DNA from: Octopus sinensis
Taxonomy: Eukaryota
DNA length: 64,000 nt
NCBI RefSeq assembly: GCF_006345805.1
Contig: NC_043003.1
Span: 34,224,001 to 34,288,000, forward strand
Direction of reading: 5' to 3'
The stretch's first letter is position 1. The number at the start of each line of letters is the position of its first letter. Below are positions 57,416-64,000 of this stretch, piece by piece. The notes beneath the pieces are model-generated. The model had not been told where the DNA came from. It was given only the letters and a program-made list of their open reading frames with translations, and searched no databases. The position numbers and the translations under genes were made by a program.

Positions 57416-58296
57416 CTCATATATATACACATATATATATACTCATATACATACTCATATATATACTCATATACATGTGTATTTGCTTGCTAGTTTATCA
57501 GCCGATAACTTGGAGATTTGATTGCTTGAGCTCTCCAAATAATACTCTGATGTCTCCCAGTTGTCTCGATGTTTCAAAACATAATTTGGCCTCTTATTTT
57601 TCTGTTTCACTATAACACCTCTATACAATGTCTAATTTTGTTTTGTGCTGAAGAGGAAGAATATACGTGGATATTCAATCTGCAAGACTGTGTACCTGAA
57701 TCTCCCTCAAACCACAACCTGCTTTCTTATGAAAGAAAGGAAATAGTAGGCTATATATATATATATAATCTTATAATTATTAAAATTTGAGATTCAAACT
57801 CTGCGCAGTAGCATTCTGAGAAATAAGAGTCTTATATTTCTATATAGAGAAGGAATTTAAATGTGTTTATTTGCGTCTGTGTATGACGATATCTAAGTAT
57901 GCGAGGTAATATAATGCAGATACGTACGCTTATAACAATATTTAACAAATTCCTTACAGGATCTCACATTTGTGCAAAACATATATAAAAGCATAGACTT
58001 TAAAAACTTAGTTAAATTTTACTTAGGTGTTGACAAGCGTGAACACATTATGTTCTGTATTAAAACGTATAACTACATATTCATATGTTAGTGTCATACA
58101 TAGCCACACACACACATATATATATATGCACACACAAACACACAACACACACACACACTCTCTCTCTCTCTCTCTCTGAAACACACACACATACATTTTA
58201 TGATTACACATTTTGACAGAAGTTCATTTATAAAATTACGATTAATTGGAACAGTAAGAGTACTTAGATTAACGCATGCATAGTGTCTTGTAGTTA

Positions 58297-58545
58297 CGAC
58301 GACGACGACGACGATGACGATGATGATGATGATGATGAGGATGATGAAGAAGAAGAAGAAGAAGAAGAAGAAGAAGAAGGTGGTGGCGGCGGCGGCGACT
58401 TCGACGATGACGACGAAGAAGAAGAAGAAGAAGAAGAAGAAGAAGAAGAAGAAGAAGAAGAAGAAGAAGAAGAAGAAGAAGAAGAGAAGAAGAAGAAGAA
58501 GAAGAAGAAGAAGAAGAAGAAGAAGAAGAAGAAGAAGAAGAAGAA
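58297..58545. repeat. Compound (GAC)n(GAT)n(GAA)n tract with a ~130-bp (GAA)n run
   Basis: Directly visible. Confidence 0.95.
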
Positions 58546-59433
58546 TGACAACGTATGGCAAAGATGAACATTAAAAATGGAGGAAGAAGATAAAAAAGGA
58601 TAAGATAGGTGAGATGTTGAGGCGACGTCGGTATTATATTTTTTAAGAAGGCGGTAAAACTGTACTGTTCACTAGTAACTGTTTGATAAACTGAATTTTT
58701 TTTTTTTTTAAATGATACAAATGTCCCGAAGACTTCTTTATTTTCCCCCCTCATATTTCCTCTTTCCTTCTCTCCATCCATTTTGCCTTACCCGTGCCCA
58801 CCTTCAACGCTCTCATTCTCTATCTCTCTAACACCGTCCTGATTTTCTCTTAGAAAAAAATTATAAACAACAATTAAATACGAGTTAAAACCGAAAAATT
58901 CAATAACATTTTTAAATAACATTTTAAAAAGTACAATGAAAAAAAACCTCGACAGAAGTGGAATGAAATCGGCAACTCTGGGTAGTGGGTGCGTTGGTGG
59001 GATTTTGAATCATATGTTATGTGCTGTGTGTTGGATGGTGTAGAGTGATGTGGTTGGTGGTCATATTGAAGGAGACGTGTAATTTAGTGGGCGGAGTCGA
59101 TTAAATGCCGCTGGTGCAGGTTATGGTGATTACTAATTAGTATTTGTATCAGTATTAGTATTAGTATTAGTATTAGTGTGCGGCAAGCTACATTTGTAGA
59201 ATGACGTTGACGAAGAAAGATAATGATGCAAGTCTGACTGACTGTCTGTCTGCCGGTCTGTCTGACTGAATGCCCGACTGCGTCAGATTCAATATCGTGT
59301 CGTGAAGTGCGTAATTTTGTCTCTCTACGTCACTGTAGGAGAAATCTCACCAAGAACAACTTTATCATCATCATTATCATTATTATTATTTCTTCTTCTT
59401 CTTCTTCTTCTTTTCTTCTTCTTCTTCTTCTTC

Positions 59434-59494
<61 letters not shown>

Positions 59495-59582
59495 CATTAT
59501 TATTTTATAGTATCCTAATATTCTAAGATAGAGCCAAGGAGAGAAGCCTCTCAAAATAGTCTTTCAGTCTGCTAGAAATAAC

Positions 59583-59628
<46 letters not shown>

Positions 59629-60279
59629 CTTAGATTACTCTTTACTACCTTTTAAGATAGAAATGATATATTCAATAATTTAGTTTTAGATGCCTGATAT
59701 TAGAAAAAATAGAAGATGGAGTGGTCACAGCTGCGATATGGTCATAAATAAGCTCGATCAAGATTGATTACATTCATCATCTTCATCGTCGTCGTCGTCA
59801 TCATCATCATCATCATAATCATCATCAACAGAAATCAGCAGCATCATCATGAACATTATAATTTCCTTTAAATGCAAAAGACCAGGTTATATATGACTAA
59901 GTCGATTGTAGTGAGTTGCTGATATTCCATCCAGAGTACGGAAGGTCAAGTGAACTTCAGTAGAAAAATAACGTATGATAAAGTGACATAGAATCCTGGT
60001 TGGAAGTAGCTGAAACTTTACAAACTACTCTATCCCGCGAATGCAACGATACGATCAAATAATAGTACCGGTGCAACAACTAGCGTTTTTTACAACCAAC
60101 AACCCTAAAGAACAGAAGCTTTTACAGCGGGAACATACTTAGCAAACTAAGTTGTAATACTATAAACGTACGAATCATTCAACTATTCATAAGGCCGCAA
60201 TTTACTCACACGCAGCATCTTTCAGAGCTTGTCACTAATTCAGTTCTTAACCAAATTGAAAGCTGTTAACATTTTTGAA

Positions 60280-60745
60280 GAGGACTGGTCCCTAGCTACA
60301 GTTTGGCATCCAAATTTTGACATTTAGTCCAGTAGAAAAAAGTTTACATCAAAATTTGTAGCAAAGTTATAGGAGAGTAAGTAACTCCACCAATCAAGTT
60401 TAGATCTAAATAACATTTTTATTTTAAAAGCAAAATATATTTATCTTAGCTTCAATGATAGAGGAAAGCATGAGGAATTTCATAGTTTTGGTCCCATGCA
60501 ACAAAAATTTGTATCAAAACAGTTGTGAGGTAAACTATCATGAAAAAATATAAGGCAAAAGATTAGCTTTAAGTATAATTATCTTTTTTTATTGTAAAAA
60601 CAAACTATATTTTAATTAAGCTTAAATGATAGAGCCCAATTCGAGGAATTTTATGGTATCAATCTCATGCAATGAAGTTTTAAAAGGAAAAAGTTATGAG
60701 TGTTTGCTTCTCAAACACTCATATTTTTATGAATAAGGTATAGAA
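60280..60745. mobile_element. Possible non-autonomous DNA element with two internal diverged subrepeats
   Basis: AGCTTCAATGATAGAGGAAAGCATGAGGAATTTCATAG..CCCATGCAA (~60449) vs AGCTTAAATGATAGAGCCCAATTCGAGGAATTTTATGG..CTCATGCAA (~60619). Termini not defined. Confidence 0.4.
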
Positions 60746-61512
60746 AAACATTTTACAAAACCGCTAATTGACACATTTGACAAATTAGTATAATAGCATA
60801 GCCTGGAAAAAAACATGGATTACATGGGAAAATGCGAGCAAGAGAAATAATATTCTTAAGATCATAAATCTGGAAAATTACAGGACAAGTTATTACACTT
60901 GGAAAAGTTCAGGACAAGTTATTACATCTGGTGAAGAACAGAACTTTTCCAGGTTTATAATACTAAGAATATTATTTCTCTTGCTCGCTTTTTTCATGTA
61001 GTATTATATACTCACAGGTCAACTCTAGACTAATTTGCACGTCCACAAGTTTATTGCATACGGATGTACAAATATACCTCCCCCAGTCCGCCTCCATGTA
61101 TGTCCCCAAACTCATATGCATGAACACACGCATACACGTGTGCGTGTGGGTAAGAAAGAGAGAGAGAAAGAGATAGATAGACAGACAGACAAACAGAAAG
61201 ACAGACGGACGGACAGACAGACAGACAAACACATAGATAGACAGATGGATAGCAAGTGAGAGAGTGAGGGAGGACACAATTGTATTTATATTGCAACTAC
61301 ACTCAGTAAGAAGGCTGAATTCACATTTTTAAAAACATTTTTACGTTTTTTCTAGTTGCATTCCTTGATGCCGACATTGAAAGTCTTTTATACAATACTA
61401 TAATATTATCTTGTGGACCTTCCTTTTTGAAATTACCACTTAGTTTTGCAAAAACCCCTTCAACTCTAACACTTTTTTTCTAAGATTTGTTGATAAATTC
61501 ACGGAACCTAGC

Positions 61513-61543
<31 letters not shown>

Positions 61544-61549
61544 TGTATG

Positions 61550-61580
<31 letters not shown>

Positions 61581-61689
61581 GTGCATACATACAGAGAGAG
61601 AGACAGAGATAGAGAGAGAGAAATAGATAGACAGGTAGACAGACAGACAGACAGACGGATATATAGATGTCCATTAATACGTAATCTCC

Positions 61690-63130
61690 AGACTCAAAAC
61701 CTGTACATCAATAGTCACACTATCTCTCTTGCCCATCACAAAGAATGCTACAAGTACCTAGGCATTAATGAAAACAGTACTGCGAATAAAGACAGTGATC
61801 TGAGAATATTATGCCAGACTCAGAAAAATACTGGAATCGGATTTCTCCTCTTACAACAAGACAATGTTCCACAATGCACTTGCAGTACCAGTGCTGATTC
61901 CAGCACTTGGGATACTTGAGCGGTCTGTAATAGAAATCCACTCCATAGACGTTAGAATCCACCAGACCCTGACATCTGTTGAAAATGTCCACAGGGATAG
62001 TGACGTCGACAGGTTCCTACCAAAGACGTAGGAGGTAGAGATTTGAGATCAGTGCAGACGGTTTCCGAATGTAAAATAGTTTCTCTCATACAGTGCTTGC
62101 TAAACAACGACAGCAAAAATAGATATATTAACTTAGTGAAGCGAACTTATCAGGAATCACTTCCTTCCTGGTGACCTCTGACCACTCATACAACTCTAAA
62201 ACTGCCGGATCAACATACCTCAAAGAAGACCTGGATGTGAGATGCTCAATATACTTCCCTATGGGACACGACATTGTCACAAAAACAATATACAATGCTA
62301 TTCGGAAGAAAAGACTGTTGTAGAATAAACTAGCAGTATCGCCCGGCGTTGCTCGAGTTTGTAAGGGAAATAACTATATAAGCATTTTTAGAGATGTAAA
62401 GTATAATAGCCATCTCAATATGGCTAACCACAAAGGTGGGGGTGTTACTGTAGCTTTTTACCTTCTGAGATTTAATAATAAATTTTTAGAGAGTTACTTC
62501 CCTTATATATGCCAAAAATGCATTAAAAATGGGAAAAATATGATGGTATTTTTTTTAATCGTAGACTCCTCGTAGACGCGCGCTAATACCCAGAAGGGCT
62601 CGATATGAATCACGACTATAAGATACCCGGTTTTGGTTAAACTGCACCGCAAAATGTGAGAGTAGTTAGGAATCTAAATCGCAAGAGACAGACACTCACA
62701 CAACTTCACTTTTATATATAAAGATATAGAGAATCTATTCGTTATTGAGTACGTACGCAAACATCAATACAAGGAACGCTTGTGGAACATTCCCATCAAA
62801 ATATCTGTCAAGCGTAAACATATCAGGTGGGAAACTGTTGCGAATGACAAGAAAAAGTGTGTTCCATCAGAGAGCTGAGTTGTCCAGCTAATGTGAATAT
62901 GTCTTTCAAGATCAAAGATAAAGAGGATGACTATGGACAACTGCTTCAAAATCTCCAGTATCTATATCCATATTATAAATTCCCATTTATTTCAATAATA
63001 ATTGGTGCTCTTGATCCTGTGAGCAAATGCCTAAGTAACAATCTGGATAAGCTAGGATTTTTCAGAAAAAGAAATCGGTTATCTCGCACATTACAAATAT
63101 CATCTGTAGTAAATGGAACAGTAAACATAA
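61690..63130 (+). mobile_element. Decayed non-LTR retrotransposon with restriction-like endonuclease (R4/Dong-like), 3' part
   Basis: Ordered remnants YKYLGINE (RT end), VPVLIPALGIL, HRDSDVDR..GGRDL, YFPMGHDIV (RHD motif), WNIPIK and IRELSCPAN..KIKDKEDDY..IIIGALDPVSKCL (REL domain and the VIIGALG motif). Many frameshifts and deletions. Confidence 0.85.
62330..62724 (-). mobile_element. Non-autonomous Helitron (395 bp) nested in the R4/Dong-like element
   Basis: Minus strand starts TCTTTATATATAAAAG and ends ..CTCGAGCAACGCCGGGCGATACTGCTAG. It has a 5' TC, a subterminal GC-rich hairpin and a 3' CTAG, and is inserted between host A and T with no TSD. Confidence 0.9.
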
Positions 63131-63275
63131 TACAATATTTTCCTCCATGTTTAAAATGTGATATTGTTTTTGTTATATTCATTCCAACCATGGAGTATTA
63201 TTGCATGTTTGATAGAAACGAGCTCCTTCTTCAGAAGAAAAATTCAGATAGTTAAAAACAGAACTTACATACGTA

Positions 63276-63307
<32 letters not shown>

Positions 63308-63897
63308 TACACACACACACAACATACATACATACATACATACATACATACACACACACACATACATACATACATACATACATACATACATACATACATA
63401 CATACATACATACATGCATACATGCATACATACATACATACATACATTTTAGAACATCAAAACATCGCATCTTCACACAATCAAGATATTAATATTACGT
63501 CAATTTTACTATAGCACCTTATTGATTGAGATTCCAGAATATTATCATTCTGACTTAAAATCGTTAATGTTATCTAAACATTATAATTTCGCGTATATAC
63601 ATTTTGTGATAGAGTTGTATATCCTTTTATCTAGTCGGTTGTATTTCTGTGTCAAGATATAAAGCAATGACAACGTTTGTTGGCTCACAGGGTGTGAGAT
63701 TTTCGCAAGATCTACGAAAAAGTTTTAAAATAAACTTATAAATCTGAAAAAATGAATACCAATTTTGTTTTTATAATCTTCATCATATTAATTTCTGGTA
63801 TTATAGTATACACATATACGTTGTGTACATTTTTATAAACATGCATATGTGTGTATATGTGTGTGTGTGTGCATGCGTACTTACATACAAACATACA

Positions 63898-63945
<48 letters not shown>

Positions 63946-64000
63946 TATACATACATAAATATATCTGAGCGCGCGCATGTGTGTGTGTAGGTGCATATGC

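Overview
Eukaryotic, very AT-rich DNA saturated with microsatellites. The repeat families and the density of (TA)n/(CA)n/(AGAT)n/(AAT)n tracts point to an octopus (coleoid cephalopod) genome; this is inferred from recognising the SINE families, not from a database search. Almost all ORFs in the supplied track are microsatellite translations. The window looks like intronic or intergenic DNA. It carries at least four tRNA-derived SINE families in many copies and a fifth older dispersed repeat. It also has a decayed Penelope-like (GIY-YIG) element, three short microsatellite-embedded elements with minimal hammerhead-ribozyme-like motifs, a decayed R4/Dong-type non-LTR retrotransposon interrupted by a non-autonomous Helitron, a Tigger-like MITE and a probable decayed LINE. 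One good minus-strand coding-exon candidate (40794-40910) and several weaker plus-strand exon candidates are present. A 100-N gap is flanked by a ~1 kb duplication that is probably an assembly artefact. The most unusual signals are a ~370 bp run of about ten back-to-back hairpins (41396-41770), the variant-core hammerhead motifs, a templated-insertion junction between two SINEs, and an (AT)n-centred foldback. No complete protein-coding gene could be identified.
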